A stretch of DNA of 64,000 nt from a virus, in IMG/VR virus record IMGVR_UViG_3300025012_000053, positions 30,415-94,414 of that record; one strand, 5' to 3'. Below the pieces are notes generated by a model, which did no database searches, was not told where the DNA came from, and saw only the letters and a list, made by a program, of their open reading frames with translations. Below are positions 20,533 through 30,562 of this stretch, piece by piece. Position numbers and translations under genes: made by a program. Each line of letters opens with the position of its first letter. The stretch's first letter is position 1.

Positions 20533-22659
20533 TTAATTTTTATTACGATTTTCTAACTGAAGTCTTTTATTGATTGTTGAGAATGGATTCGATTCCTGTT
20601 TCAGTTTTTCCTGGAACATCTCCATCCTTTTAAAGAAAGGGCTTAAAGCATCTTGTGGTTTCTTATCCATGTCATCAGGGTGAATATGCTGCATGTCCTC
20701 TTTAAGTATCATAAGCATCTGTAAAGCATCAACCCTATCAAAGTTACCCTTTGGATTCCAATATATTAACTCCTGTAATAAAGGAATTGAACGGATTCTA
20801 TGGAGATTTAATATTTCACTACCAGGTTCTATAGATGTTGTCAGCCAGATAAGTATTTGTTCTCTTCCCCATTTCTGTATAGGAGCCGTTCCTGGCGTTC
20901 CTTTACCTCTGTTTAACAGAGACTTATCGAATATCTTATCAACGATTATCTTGGGAGTATCACATAGTAAATGTGCTGAGTGTCTGTTATTTAAATATGT
21001 AAATAAACCTTTCCAGTTATTTTCATAGTTACAAATAGCTCTGTAATAGATTAGTAACCTTCTTACTCCTTCATAATATTCATTTGCAGTGGAGGGACGA
21101 CCGGTATATTCTGCAACTATCCTCTCCGTAATCCGGTTCATTATGAATGTACTACCAAGAGAATCAGTAGTACTCTTATCATGATCATAAGTATCATTAC
21201 CGGCAATATATATACCCCATGGAATAACACCATCTATAATAACCGGTTGTTCGTATATTATTATTGCACCCTGCAGATTGCGTTTATCAAGTTCCGGGAA
21301 CCTTCTTATAGGATGAAGATCGGCACTTGGTTTCCATTCTATCTTTTGTGTCTCTTCATTTATCTCAAGAAAACCAACATATTCCTGTTCTTCATATTTT
21401 TCAGGATTAGAAGTAAGATGATTAAGATGATGTTTAAGATCATTGATAGGAAAGATAGTCCCACCAATACGCATAACAGCTTCCTGGGGTGTACGTGGTT
21501 CTTCTGCAATGAATCTTATAATGGTTTCAGGGTTCTTTGTTGCTTTAATAATCTTATTCCTTGAATGATCAACCATCTCCCTGGCAATATCTTTTAATGA
21601 ATTTCCATCCTTATCCATTGCTCCTTCAAGATTCTGTTCAATAGAAACAAAATGACCACACTTACTATTCAAAGATCCTTCATCCCATATATTAGGAACC
21701 TGATGAATATTATATGCATCACCCTGGTAGAATAACTGTTCAAGTCCCATAAAATCAGAGTCTTCCGTACCCCCGGTCCCAAAACTTACGGCTAAACCAT
21801 GAGTAAGACGACCCTGTTGCATGCTTTTTAACGAGATGTTCCATGCCTGAAGAAGATTAGGATTCTTACCCGATTCCTCATAGATCAAAAGTTTACCACC
21901 CTTCCCCCTTACTTTTTGATAATCATTCTTCATTGAGATACCCATTATTTCACTCTTGAATCCTTTCTCAATCTTAAGACCTTTCTGATCTACTATATAA
22001 GATGATCTCTTATACATTGTAGTATCATGCTTCTGTCTTCTTTTTCCCCAGGGTGTATGTTGTTCGATATGATCCATCATCTCCCATGCTTTTGAGAGAA
22101 GACCATCTTCAATAAGGAATGCTTTATCATCTGCAAATACAAAACTCTTGGATCCTGGAATAAGATAATAGTTCCTATCGCACATTGAACCAGCCTTGTA
22201 ACTATATCCTCTACGTCTTGATTTAATTACAACGCCATGTTCACCATTTGCTTCTGCATCATCAAGATACCAGAAATACTGATAATCACCATCCCAGAAA
22301 TCAGGAAGAGTAAAAACACGATCTGCTTTTGCCTGTTGGTAAAGTTTAGCGACTGCATCCTGATCCGTTTCATCATCAGGAATATCAATTTCTATAGCTT
22401 TATAAATAGGACTGTAATTAAGGTAGAAATAAAAATAGCCGGGGATCTTATCCCGGCCTATATCATATCCATATACTGATCGTCTTGCTTCTTCTTCCCA
22501 GAATTTATAATACCTGGATGACGGATGATCATTTACAGGATAGTTAGTATATCTTTCAAACTCGTTAAAATGTAAAGCGCTCTCGCGCCATACCTCAGTA
22601 TTATAGTGTAATGTATTCTTAAAATAACCTGTTTCTATAATTGCCTTGTTGTCATCCAT
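20533..22659 (-). CDS. terL: terminase large subunit
   Basis: KSRRRGYSY Walker A variant, LIYEESG Walker B, FGTGG, IAGNDTYD RNase-H motif, GNFDRV. Confidence 0.9.
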   Translation of the reverse strand: MDDNKAIIETGYFKNTLHYNTEVWRESALHFNEFERYTNYPVNDHPSSRYYKFWEEEARRSVYGYDIGRDKIPGYFYFYLNYSPIYKAIEIDIPDDETDQDAVAKLYQQAKADRVFTLPDFWDGDYQYFWYLDDAEANGEHGVVIKSRRRGYSYKAGSMCDRNYYLIPGSKSFVFADDKAFLIEDGLLSKAWEMMDHIEQHTPWGKRRQKHDTTMYKRSSYIVDQKGLKIEKGFKSEIMGISMKNDYQKVRGKGGKLLIYEESGKNPNLLQAWNISLKSMQQGRLTHGLAVSFGTGGTEDSDFMGLEQLFYQGDAYNIHQVPNIWDEGSLNSKCGHFVSIEQNLEGAMDKDGNSLKDIAREMVDHSRNKIIKATKNPETIIRFIAEEPRTPQEAVMRIGGTIFPINDLKHHLNHLTSNPEKYEEQEYVGFLEINEETQKIEWKPSADLHPIRRFPELDKRNLQGAIIIYEQPVIIDGVIPWGIYIAGNDTYDHDKSTTDSLGSTFIMNRITERIVAEYTGRPSTANEYYEGVRRLLIYYRAICNYENNWKGLFTYLNNRHSAHLLCDTPKIIVDKIFDKSLLNRGKGTPGTAPIQKWGREQILIWLTTSIEPGSEILNLHRIRSIPLLQELIYWNPKGNFDRVDALQMLMILKEDMQHIHPDDMDKKPQDALSPFFKRMEMFQEKLKQESNPFSTINKRLQLENRNKN

Positions 22660-23192
22660 GTTGCTTTCTCAGTATCTTCGAAAATACCAACTTTACCACC
22701 ACCGCGTATTGACATCTGATCCTCTTCACCATAAATCTTTTTTTCCCATTTCTCAAGATCCTCAACAATAGATCCTACATCTTTCAATGCTTTAGTGGCC
22801 AGGGCCGGGTTATATGATTTGGTATCATTGTCACTATTAAACTTTAAAGCTTCATTGAACTTGATTATTGAATCAACAGTGTCACGTATACTGCGAAGAT
22901 ATCTCATTGATGATGTCTCCTGCAGTTTAATATATTTCTTTATTGCTTCTTCAATAATATCATCAGTTACATATTCCGGATCTTCCATTACTTCCCGGGA
23001 TATCATGGAACGTTTTTCAATACCATAAATATTATACTCACTTTTATAGTCTGCCACAAAATAAACATAGGCGAGTTGTTTGGTCGCTTTTTCTTTATTC
23101 TTTGAAATATCTCTATCCCATATCTTCCTGAACTCCGGGATCAACAGCATCCTGGGTTCTATCGTTACCTTGTTCTGATTGAGAATAAACAT
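22635..23192 (-). CDS. conserved protein upstream of TerL (possible small terminase)
   Basis: Position immediately upstream of terL; helical; C-terminal IRGGGKVGIFED. Confidence 0.45.
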   Translation of the reverse strand: MFILNQNKVTIEPRMLLIPEFRKIWDRDISKNKEKATKQLAYVYFVADYKSEYNIYGIEKRSMISREVMEDPEYVTDDIIEEAIKKYIKLQETSSMRYLRSIRDTVDSIIKFNEALKFNSDNDTKSYNPALATKALKDVGSIVEDLEKWEKKIYGEEDQMSIRGGGKVGIFEDTEKATWMTTRQL

Positions 23193-23436
23193 CTTCTATT
23201 GTTTTTTTACTTTTGTTTACAAAGAAATTACGCTTACCTTTTTTCACTTTGAAACATCCAAAATATTCTAATCGCACATAAGGGAAATAATTATTATAAG
23301 AATCAACTTTCTTCATCGTTTCCTTGACCATCTCAAATTCAACAGAGACAATCATCTTAACGGTATTTTTATGTATTCCGTGTTTCTTAGCTATTTCTTC
23401 GCATATGCGATCAATTCGTTTTGAGTGGATGTCCAT
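23113..23436 (-). CDS. IHF/HU-like DNA-binding protein
   Basis: EEIAKKHGI...VRLEYFGCFKVK HU-fold signature. Confidence 0.7.
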   Translation of the reverse strand: MDIHSKRIDRICEEIAKKHGIHKNTVKMIVSVEFEMVKETMKKVDSYNNYFPYVRLEYFGCFKVKKGKRNFFVNKSKKTIEDVYSQSEQGNDRTQDAVDPGVQEDMG

Positions 23437-23824
23437 TTAACCTGAATGTAAAAGTTAAACTACGATCATCAGCTAATATTACAAATATCGGCTTAATATT
23501 CTTTCCTTCCAAAATGCCAAGATTTCTTAATTGAGAAATATATATATTAAGATGATGCTCCTTCATTTTAAGATTATCACAGATCATCTCCTTTACTTCT
23601 CTTGAAAAAAGCTGAGCAGATCTATCCTTTTCAGGTATATTCTTATACTCATCATTAAAGTAAAGTAGTTGTGCAAGGACTCTCATAGGTTTATCGCTAA
23701 GAGTAGCCTTACGATTACCGGTAATATGCTTGAGCATGGAATCTATAGCCGGCTTCTTGAGGATCAGATACTCGAGAAAGAATTTTTCCCTGGTTGTTGT
23801 GATATTGATATTTTCTGCGAGCAT
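23411..23824 (-). CDS. winged-HTH putative transcription regulator
   Basis: LSDKPMRVLAQL...KEMICDNLKM..HLNIYISQLRNLGIL. Confidence 0.55.
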   Translation of the reverse strand: MLAENINITTTREKFFLEYLILKKPAIDSMLKHITGNRKATLSDKPMRVLAQLLYFNDEYKNIPEKDRSAQLFSREVKEMICDNLKMKEHHLNIYISQLRNLGILEGKNIKPIFVILADDRSLTFTFRLNGHPLKTN

Positions 23825-23871
23825 GATTAAATTTTATAAAATCAAAATTTATAAATTTCAATTTAATACAC

Positions 23872-23903
23872 AAAAGCCAGGTGAGGAACATCCCCCCTGG
23901 CTT
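23872..23903 (-). terminator. intrinsic terminator-like hairpin
   Basis: AAGCCAGG/CCTGGCTT inverted repeat followed by T-run on the minus strand. Confidence 0.5.
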
Positions 23904-23959
23904 AAGTTTTTTAAGACGATGATTTAATAATTCTCCATACTGCAATCAAGTTACTTCGT

Positions 23960-23967
23960 CAAAGGTA
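23960..23967 (-). promoter_or_regulatory. Bacteroidota sigma-70 -7 element (TACCTTTG)
   Basis: Matches the TAnnTTTG consensus in an intergenic gap upstream of the head operon. Confidence 0.5.
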
Positions 23968-24014
23968 AACTTGATTTTTATAAATTCCAAATTTATATTT
24001 TTCAGTTTTATAAA

Positions 24015-24443
24015 TTACTTTATGAGATTCGCTGCAGGAACCGTACAGAATATATCATGATCCTTTATGACCCAATAGAGCTCTTTGCAGATAACAAGAG
24101 GTTCTCCGGACTTTCCACGGTATAGAATATGGTCCCCTGTCTTGACAGATGGTTTAAGGAGTGTCCCCCCACCTATATCCCTTCCCGGGCCCACAGCCAT
24201 AACAACACCCTGGTTAGGATGCTCATCCCATTTATTCTTAAATTCAATATCTGCCACCTCATAACGAAGTGCATCTGCTGTTTCTCTTTGTTCTCTTTCG
24301 AGTGCATTCTTAGGAGCCGGAGCATCGGCAAGTATAAGCTTGCCTTTCTCTGCACGTTTTTGATTTACATCCTTGATAAGCAACCTTCTTATTATTATAT
24401 TGTCACTACAAGGTTTAACCGGAAATTGTTTTGTTGTACTCAT
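24015..24443 (-). CDS. groES: GroES/Cpn10-like co-chaperonin with extended loop
   Basis: VKPCSDNIII, GVVMAVGPG, VKTGDHILY, VIKDHDIF motifs. Confidence 0.75.
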   Translation of the reverse strand: MSTTKQFPVKPCSDNIIIRRLLIKDVNQKRAEKGKLILADAPAPKNALEREQRETADALRYEVADIEFKNKWDEHPNQGVVMAVGPGRDIGGGTLLKPSVKTGDHILYRGKSGEPLVICKELYWVIKDHDIFCTVPAANLIK

Positions 24444-24466
24444 AAATATTGGTTATTAGTTAATTA

Positions 24467-24910
24467 TTAAAACGAGAGATCATCTTCTATAGGAGTAGCA
24501 TTATCGGATTTCACTGACAATATATCATCCTCATCATCGCTATCAATTCCAGGGAACTGATCTGAATAACTGTTAGACTGTGGTCTTATATCTGCTTTGA
24601 TGATGTCATCAGCCTTATTGATTATCTTGATCTCCATTACATCAAGATTGGTGTAGAATGATTCTTCTTCATCCTTTCCTATCTTTCTCCCGGAGATCTT
24701 AAACTTACAGATTACAAAGTCTCCTTTCTTTGCACCATCTAACTGACTCATTATTTCATTGATACATTGGAATCTCAAGTATTCAATGAATGTCCCTTTT
24801 TCGGTAGGGTTGTTGACCTGGATAATAAGTTCCTGCTTTTTGAACTTATCTGATTTAACCTGTGGCTCCATGATCTTATAGATCTTTCCTTTCTCTGTAT
24901 AAATTTGCAT
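24467..24910 (-). CDS. DUF3127-like OB-fold ssDNA-binding protein
   Basis: SDKFKKQELII...GD.V...F.ISGR...YTNL; acidic tail ending DDLSF. Confidence 0.75.
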   Translation of the reverse strand: MQIYTEKGKIYKIMEPQVKSDKFKKQELIIQVNNPTEKGTFIEYLRFQCINEIMSQLDGAKKGDFVICKFKISGRKIGKDEEESFYTNLDVMEIKIINKADDIIKADIRPQSNSYSDQFPGIDSDDEDDILSVKSDNATPIEDDLSF

Positions 24911-24934
24911 TTTATAAAATTGAGATTTATAAAA

Positions 24935-27454
24935 TTAAGAATTACTTTTTGCTTGCCCAATTCTTTTTACAGTTACTCCATCCTGATCAGAAATATATCT
25001 GAAAGGATCTATCACTATACTTCCTGCAGGAAACATGCAGTTCCTGAACACTTCATGCTTAGTTCCTATAAAGAATATTCTTGCATCACCAAGAAATTGA
25101 TATAGCTCATTTTCTTTCTGACCTGAATTTGGATCCAATTCTCTGCTCTTGCTGAACATATATACAGGATCAACCCATGGATCATACATCTTTATTTGTT
25201 TCTCGTCTATCCCTCTGTCAATTAATAAAAGTTCTTTTAATAAAAGAGATGGACTACCTATGGTAAGATTTGTTTCCGGTTTGAATGTATAGCCAAGGAT
25301 CATAATATCAAGATTACAGTCATTATTGAAATACTCATCTTCTATAAGCTGAGCAAGCCATTCTGTCTGTTTCTCCCGGGCCATCATAAGATTCTCCCAC
25401 CAGTCATAAGAGATATTGAGTTTCTTTGCAATATGACTCAGGGCAATATTATCCCTGGGATGACAATTATGAACTGTACCACAAGGTACAACATAAGTAT
25501 TATGTCTATCAATCCAGAGATTATAAACTGGTCCTTTAAACCATGTTTTATGTATCTGTATTATATGACGAAAAGTTCCTTTATTGGTGACTACATAGTT
25601 TTGAATGTCTACTGGATTTTCAATTTTATCCCATCCAATAATATCACATAATTTAGAAGCAAGATATTTATTTCTAACTCTTACTTCATATGCTTTCTTA
25701 TGAATACCTCTTGGTGGGATAACCCTCAACGAAGGACAAAGATCAAGACGATGTAGTATTATAAAACTCCCCCAAGCAAGATCTTTCGAAATTGTACTAT
25801 ATGAAATTCCATTCTTATTTCTATGTCCATCTCCAAGAATTAATCCTTTCAAAAGCAATAGCGATTGTTTTGACCATAAAATTTGAGGAGGAATATATTT
25901 TGTAGCTGCGCCTTTACCAAAATCATTAAATAATAATTCTGCAAGTCTTTTTGATCCAAATCTTACAGATAAACTATTCCCTTCTATTTTAATAGTAACT
26001 CTTGAAAAAAGACCTCTTAAATTTTTCCTTTTTGGAATAAGACCAAATCTCTCTGATGTTATTCTTTCAATTAATTCTTTAATTCGTTCAGCATACATCA
26101 TTTCTTTTGCATGCAAATCGAATCTTATTCTTCCCCTTCTCGAATTTAATTCAAGAGATCCCTCGCTTAAATACCAACCTGCAAGTTCAAGATATTCAGG
26201 AGGCATTCCAGGTTCTCTTCCTTCGTTAATCTTAGGCCAATACAACATATTATCATATGTTAGATCTGATGCTTTTATCTCATTGTCATCTGACATCAAT
26301 TCTGATATCTTTAATAAAGTATTCCTTCTCCCATCAGGAACCCTTGTTCTCAAATCAGTTGAAGCAATAACAGGATGATCAGCAGTCATTAATGTATGAG
26401 GAAGTCCTTTTGTTTTTAACAAAATCATATCTCCTTCATAATCCCTTACATATGTTTTTATTACTTTGCAAAATTCACCATTTCCCGAAAGCACCATGTC
26501 TCCTTCATTTATTTCTTCGATAGGTTTCATTCCATTATATGTCATTACAAGTTGTCCTGCAGGAAAACAGCCGCCTCCATCCCCCATTCCTGCTCTCATA
26601 TATGAAGCTGAAATGATTCTCCTATCAGCTAAGGATAAAGCATCAATAAGATGATCCACATCGGCTCCGGTCTTTTCACATAACTCCATAGCTGCATTAG
26701 CAAAGCAGATCTTACCTGTAATGTAAGTATTGTATAGGACCTTGATTGCCTCAGCTGTATTGATAGAGCATTCAAACACTTTAGGAAAATAATCAGCTTC
26801 CCGTGGAAATGGATTTAATACTTTTTTATAGAAATCCTTAACAATTTCTGCAGCATAAGGATCATCAACCCCCAGGAGAACGAATTCCGGATAAAGGAAA
26901 TCCTGTATTGTAGTACCCATTGCAATAAAGAATGGATTATAAACAATATGTAGATTAGTTAATTCTTTTGGTACTAAAGGAAATATCTCGCGGTACATCG
27001 TTCCGGGAAGCACCGTTGATATTATACTTACAACGAATTGCTTCCTTTCTGTTTCATCAGACATTCCATCCAAAATCATACCATTTATATATTCATTATA
27101 ATGAACAATCTCCTGAATGATATCCTTCATTCCGGCAATAAGATATGAATAGTCGAAATCCACCCTTTCTTTCGGAAGAGGTGTTATTCCTTCATACCTG
27201 GGATCATGTGGTGTCTGGATAGATACAAAACAGATATCACTTTCTGTAAGCACAGAAAATAGATTCTTTACTTCTATTTTCGTTTTTTGAAGTAACTCTT
27301 CCGCTCCCTCTTCGCGATACGGAATCTTCTTTTCATCGATGTATCTTTGTATTTGTGGATTAACATCATATCCACATACCTGATAGCCTCTTGACTCTAC
27401 AGCGAGAGCACAGGGCAAGCCCAACTTACCTAAAGCCACAAAACCGATTTTCAT
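24935..27454 (-). CDS. ugd: UDP-glucose/GDP-mannose 6-dehydrogenase family, intein-containing
   Basis: Rossmann KIGFVALGKLG, QTP, STVLPGT, YNPFF, AEAIKVLYN, GDGGG/CHPRD catalytic motif split by the intein, LGYTFKPET. Confidence 0.9.
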   Translation of the reverse strand: MKIGFVALGKLGLPCALAVESRGYQVCGYDVNPQIQRYIDEKKIPYREEGAEELLQKTKIEVKNLFSVLTESDICFVSIQTPHDPRYEGITPLPKERVDFDYSYLIAGMKDIIQEIVHYNEYINGMILDGMSDETERKQFVVSIISTVLPGTMYREIFPLVPKELTNLHIVYNPFFIAMGTTIQDFLYPEFVLLGVDDPYAAEIVKDFYKKVLNPFPREADYFPKVFECSINTAEAIKVLYNTYITGKICFANAAMELCEKTGADVDHLIDALSLADRRIISASYMRAGMGDGGGCFPAGQLVMTYNGMKPIEEINEGDMVLSGNGEFCKVIKTYVRDYEGDMILLKTKGLPHTLMTADHPVIASTDLRTRVPDGRRNTLLKISELMSDDNEIKASDLTYDNMLYWPKINEGREPGMPPEYLELAGWYLSEGSLELNSRRGRIRFDLHAKEMMYAERIKELIERITSERFGLIPKRKNLRGLFSRVTIKIEGNSLSVRFGSKRLAELLFNDFGKGAATKYIPPQILWSKQSLLLLKGLILGDGHRNKNGISYSTISKDLAWGSFIILHRLDLCPSLRVIPPRGIHKKAYEVRVRNKYLASKLCDIIGWDKIENPVDIQNYVVTNKGTFRHIIQIHKTWFKGPVYNLWIDRHNTYVVPCGTVHNCHPRDNIALSHIAKKLNISYDWWENLMMAREKQTEWLAQLIEDEYFNNDCNLDIMILGYTFKPETNLTIGSPSLLLKELLLIDRGIDEKQIKMYDPWVDPVYMFSKSRELDPNSGQKENELYQFLGDARIFFIGTKHEVFRNCMFPAGSIVIDPFRYISDQDGVTVKRIGQAKSNS
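25466..26569 (-). mobile_element. intein (368 aa) with LAGLIDADG homing endonuclease
   Basis: Begins CFPAGQLV, block B TADHP, LAGLIDADG motifs LAGWYLSEGS and LKGLILGDGH, ends VYNL...GTVHN followed by +1 Cys. Confidence 0.9.
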
Positions 27455-28080
27455 AATATATGAGTTTTAAGTTTAAAAAATCCATTAGATTCTTTATTCG
27501 AGTTCCAGTTCTCTTTTATCCCTTTCATACTATATCCGGACCATACTACTTCAATAAGATGACTCTGGAATGTATTACTCCACCATGTAATATCTTCTCT
27601 TATTATATGTGTTGAATCAAGTTCGTATGCTGGTTCGTTATATGTCATGCCATTATTAGACAGTGGTACTATAACGAAGATATTATCTGAACAAGATCGG
27701 ATCTCTTTTATTATATCATTGATCTTATCATAACCAATATGCTCAAGAACATCTTTACAGATGATCCAGTTCCATCTTTTCTTTTTCCAGAATTCTCCGC
27801 TATAAATATATTCATCTATATCAACAGGTACATTCTCAAGAGCATATTCGCTTATATCATATCCATAGGCATTAAAACCAAGTAATCGGAAAGCCTTAAC
27901 AAGATATCCCATTGCGCAACCAAAATCCAAGATGGTATCTTCATCAAGTATTACAAGTTCATTTGATAGTCTGTATGCCAATGGTATTGTTAATTCAGGC
28001 ATCCACCGGTACTGAGAATAAAGACTCTTTCCCGTTTCTAATCCCCTGATGTAATAATCCTCATCGTACTTTTCCATCAT
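27451..28080 (-). CDS. class I SAM-dependent methyltransferase
   Basis: ILDFGCAMG motif I, YGYDISEYA, DVLEHI. Confidence 0.85.
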   Translation of the reverse strand: MMEKYDEDYYIRGLETGKSLYSQYRWMPELTIPLAYRLSNELVILDEDTILDFGCAMGYLVKAFRLLGFNAYGYDISEYALENVPVDIDEYIYSGEFWKKKRWNWIICKDVLEHIGYDKINDIIKEIRSCSDNIFVIVPLSNNGMTYNEPAYELDSTHIIREDITWWSNTFQSHLIEVVWSGYSMKGIKENWNSNKESNGFFKLKTHIL

Positions 28081-29090
28081 ATAAAGTTTTCATATTCAAT
28101 CTTTTCTTTGATCCATATAGGATTATCGTTATGCATAAACCCTTCAAGCATATTGACATTATGAGTGAATACACATCCCTGGCAATCTCTGTTTGCATTG
28201 AAAGGCTGATCTATACTTCTACTCATATATTGCTTTATATCTTTTGCCACGCATAATGCATATTTCATATCAAAATATCCTGAATTATCGTTTAATGGTA
28301 TGCTATCACAAGGAAATACTATGCCACCAAAGATCTCACTTAAATATGGACGAAAATATGACTGATGACAGATATTACTTACTGGTGCTTCTTTCTTCTT
28401 ATGTTGAATAAAGAACCTGTTGTCATATTCTCTTCCAAGCCATTGATCGATCTCTTTATAACTATCTTCAATTTCTTCGTCTGTTTGCAGACAATCTGGA
28501 AGTACCCTGATATACTTTGCATTTATATGATCCGCTATTGTTACAAGATCATCCGGAGCGAATCTTTTATTTTCCCCTGAATAAACGAAACTCAGTCCTA
28601 CAGTGGTATTCTTTCCAAATTGCTTACTATTATCCATGAAGGAGCGTATCCAGTAATCATCATAATTGACACTTACGCGCACCCAGGAGAAAGGATACAT
28701 ATATATATAAGGTATGGTTGTTCCATTTGTTATAAGAGCTATTTCTTTTATTCCAGATCTGTGACTTCTGAGTAAATGAATAAGTTTATCAAACTGAGGA
28801 TATAATGTAGGTTCACCACCACCGGTTAATATGACAGCTTTACAGCCAAGATCAACTACATCTTCAATGTATCTTTTAATAACATCGAGTTCTAATCGTT
28901 CATGTTTTGCCCTTTTTATAACACTACAATACTTACATTTAAGATTACATCGGCCTTCAGGTGATATATGAGTTGAGACTATTGTTCGTGAATAACCTTT
29001 TTTGTAATTCTCCATCTGAGATTTATGTCTGAAAAACTTCAATCCTGTTGAAGTATATATGTCTATATTTCTCATAATCGTATTCTCCAT
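28077..29090 (-). CDS. radical SAM enzyme with SPASM/twitch-like C-terminal Cys cluster
   Basis: CNLKCKYC, LTGGGEP, LITNG; C-terminal C..., FPC, CQGC. Confidence 0.85.
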   Translation of the reverse strand: MENTIMRNIDIYTSTGLKFFRHKSQMENYKKGYSRTIVSTHISPEGRCNLKCKYCSVIKRAKHERLELDVIKRYIEDVVDLGCKAVILTGGGEPTLYPQFDKLIHLLRSHRSGIKEIALITNGTTIPYIYMYPFSWVRVSVNYDDYWIRSFMDNSKQFGKNTTVGLSFVYSGENKRFAPDDLVTIADHINAKYIRVLPDCLQTDEEIEDSYKEIDQWLGREYDNRFFIQHKKKEAPVSNICHQSYFRPYLSEIFGGIVFPCDSIPLNDNSGYFDMKYALCVAKDIKQYMSRSIDQPFNANRDCQGCVFTHNVNMLEGFMHNDNPIWIKEKIEYENFI

Positions 29091-30562
29091 AGTCTCTTAG
29101 GATAACCAAGTCTATATCTTACAACATCTATACATACCTGTAAAAGCTTCAATTGATAGTGGGCAATATTAGAATAAGTGGCATGTTTGATTTTTTCTTC
29201 TCTTAATATCTTATTCATATAAATCCCTTCCCTGTTTTTATATTCTATCTGTATCTCTTTAACTGTAGAGTCGATAGCATATATCATCTTGTTCTCTTTT
29301 ATAAAGATAGTTTTGTTTCCTGTATTTTCAATTTTAGTGACATAAGTTTCAAAATCAAAATACTCTTCATAGAACTGAGAACCTTTTGTAGGTCTTATCC
29401 CCAATGATAACCCACATGTATAAAAAGGATCCTGAATAAATTCTATTGTCTTCTCTATTGTTTCTTCAAGATCCCATAATAGCGTTCCGGGTGTTATAAG
29501 CATCAATGTCATGAATGTTTCAATATTGTATTCCTTCAATTTGACAAGTGCTTCGATATTCTTTTCTGCAGTGCACTTTTTTCCTATCTCAATAAGTACA
29601 TTATCGGAGAATGATTCTATACCGATATTGAGTCTTCTGAACCCTGCCTTTTTCATTATAGGAAGGATATCGTCATTGATATCATCGGCCCGGGCAAAAC
29701 ACATGTACGATAAATCATCAAGTCCTTTATCAATTACTCTTTGACAGAACTGCATAACAGTTTTCTTATTGATGCAAAAATCGTCATCGGTAATATATAT
29801 GGTCCGTACAAGAGGATGTGCCTTCCTTATTCTTAAGATCAGATCCGTCAATATATCGGCATCAATCCCATAAGAAACTACATTACATCCTGCAGCATCA
29901 GGTAACTGATTCGTAGATGTACAGAACTTACAATGATGAGGGCACATGTTACGCGAGTATATCCTTATTGTATAGATCTGCTGAAGTATCTCATCGGTAA
30001 TATTGTCTCCATATTTCTTAAGATAATAATCCCAATATGTTTCATAATTTATATTTTCCCAATCTATCTGAGAAGTAAATATCTCGAATTCTTCCTGGCT
30101 TAGACTTCTTGCTTTATTCTTAATGATTATTCCGGGTATTAACTCAAGATCATACTCATCACATATTAATAGCATAGGCATCTCTCCTTCTCCAATTACA
30201 ACTATATCGCATGGAGACTTATCGAGTATTGTCTGGTAGTTGTACTGAGCTTCTATGCCACCGGCAATAAGCATTGCATTTGGAAGAATATCTCTTGTGG
30301 TCCAAACATTACTGAGATCTTTAGCAAGTGTCTCTTCAAGACAGGAGAATCCTATTATATCCCAATCTTTCTCTTTGAGTTTATCTTCAACAGACATATA
30401 AGAATCACTAAGATCATGGAGGTTAGGATCGAATGCCTCTGCATAATGACCATTGGCATTAAGTACTCCTGCTATCCTGTTAACACCCATAGCAGGACTT
30501 ACATACCTGCTTTCATTAAGTCTGTTCGAAGAATGCGGCGATATCAGAAGGATTTGTTTCAT
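29072..30562 (-). CDS. cobalamin (B12)-binding radical SAM enzyme (class B methyltransferase-like)
   Basis: N-terminal B12-binding fold (DIIGFS, IAGG, VIGEGE), CPHHCKFC, DDDF, GIES; likely start MKQILLISP at 30562. Confidence 0.85.
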   Translation of the reverse strand: MKQILLISPHSSNRLNESRYVSPAMGVNRIAGVLNANGHYAEAFDPNLHDLSDSYMSVEDKLKEKDWDIIGFSCLEETLAKDLSNVWTTRDILPNAMLIAGGIEAQYNYQTILDKSPCDIVVIGEGEMPMLLICDEYDLELIPGIIIKNKARSLSQEEFEIFTSQIDWENINYETYWDYYLKKYGDNITDEILQQIYTIRIYSRNMCPHHCKFCTSTNQLPDAAGCNVVSYGIDADILTDLILRIRKAHPLVRTIYITDDDFCINKKTVMQFCQRVIDKGLDDLSYMCFARADDINDDILPIMKKAGFRRLNIGIESFSDNVLIEIGKKCTAEKNIEALVKLKEYNIETFMTLMLITPGTLLWDLEETIEKTIEFIQDPFYTCGLSLGIRPTKGSQFYEEYFDFETYVTKIENTGNKTIFIKENKMIYAIDSTVKEIQIEYKNREGIYMNKILREEKIKHATYSNIAHYQLKLLQVCIDVVRYRLGYPKRLWRIRL

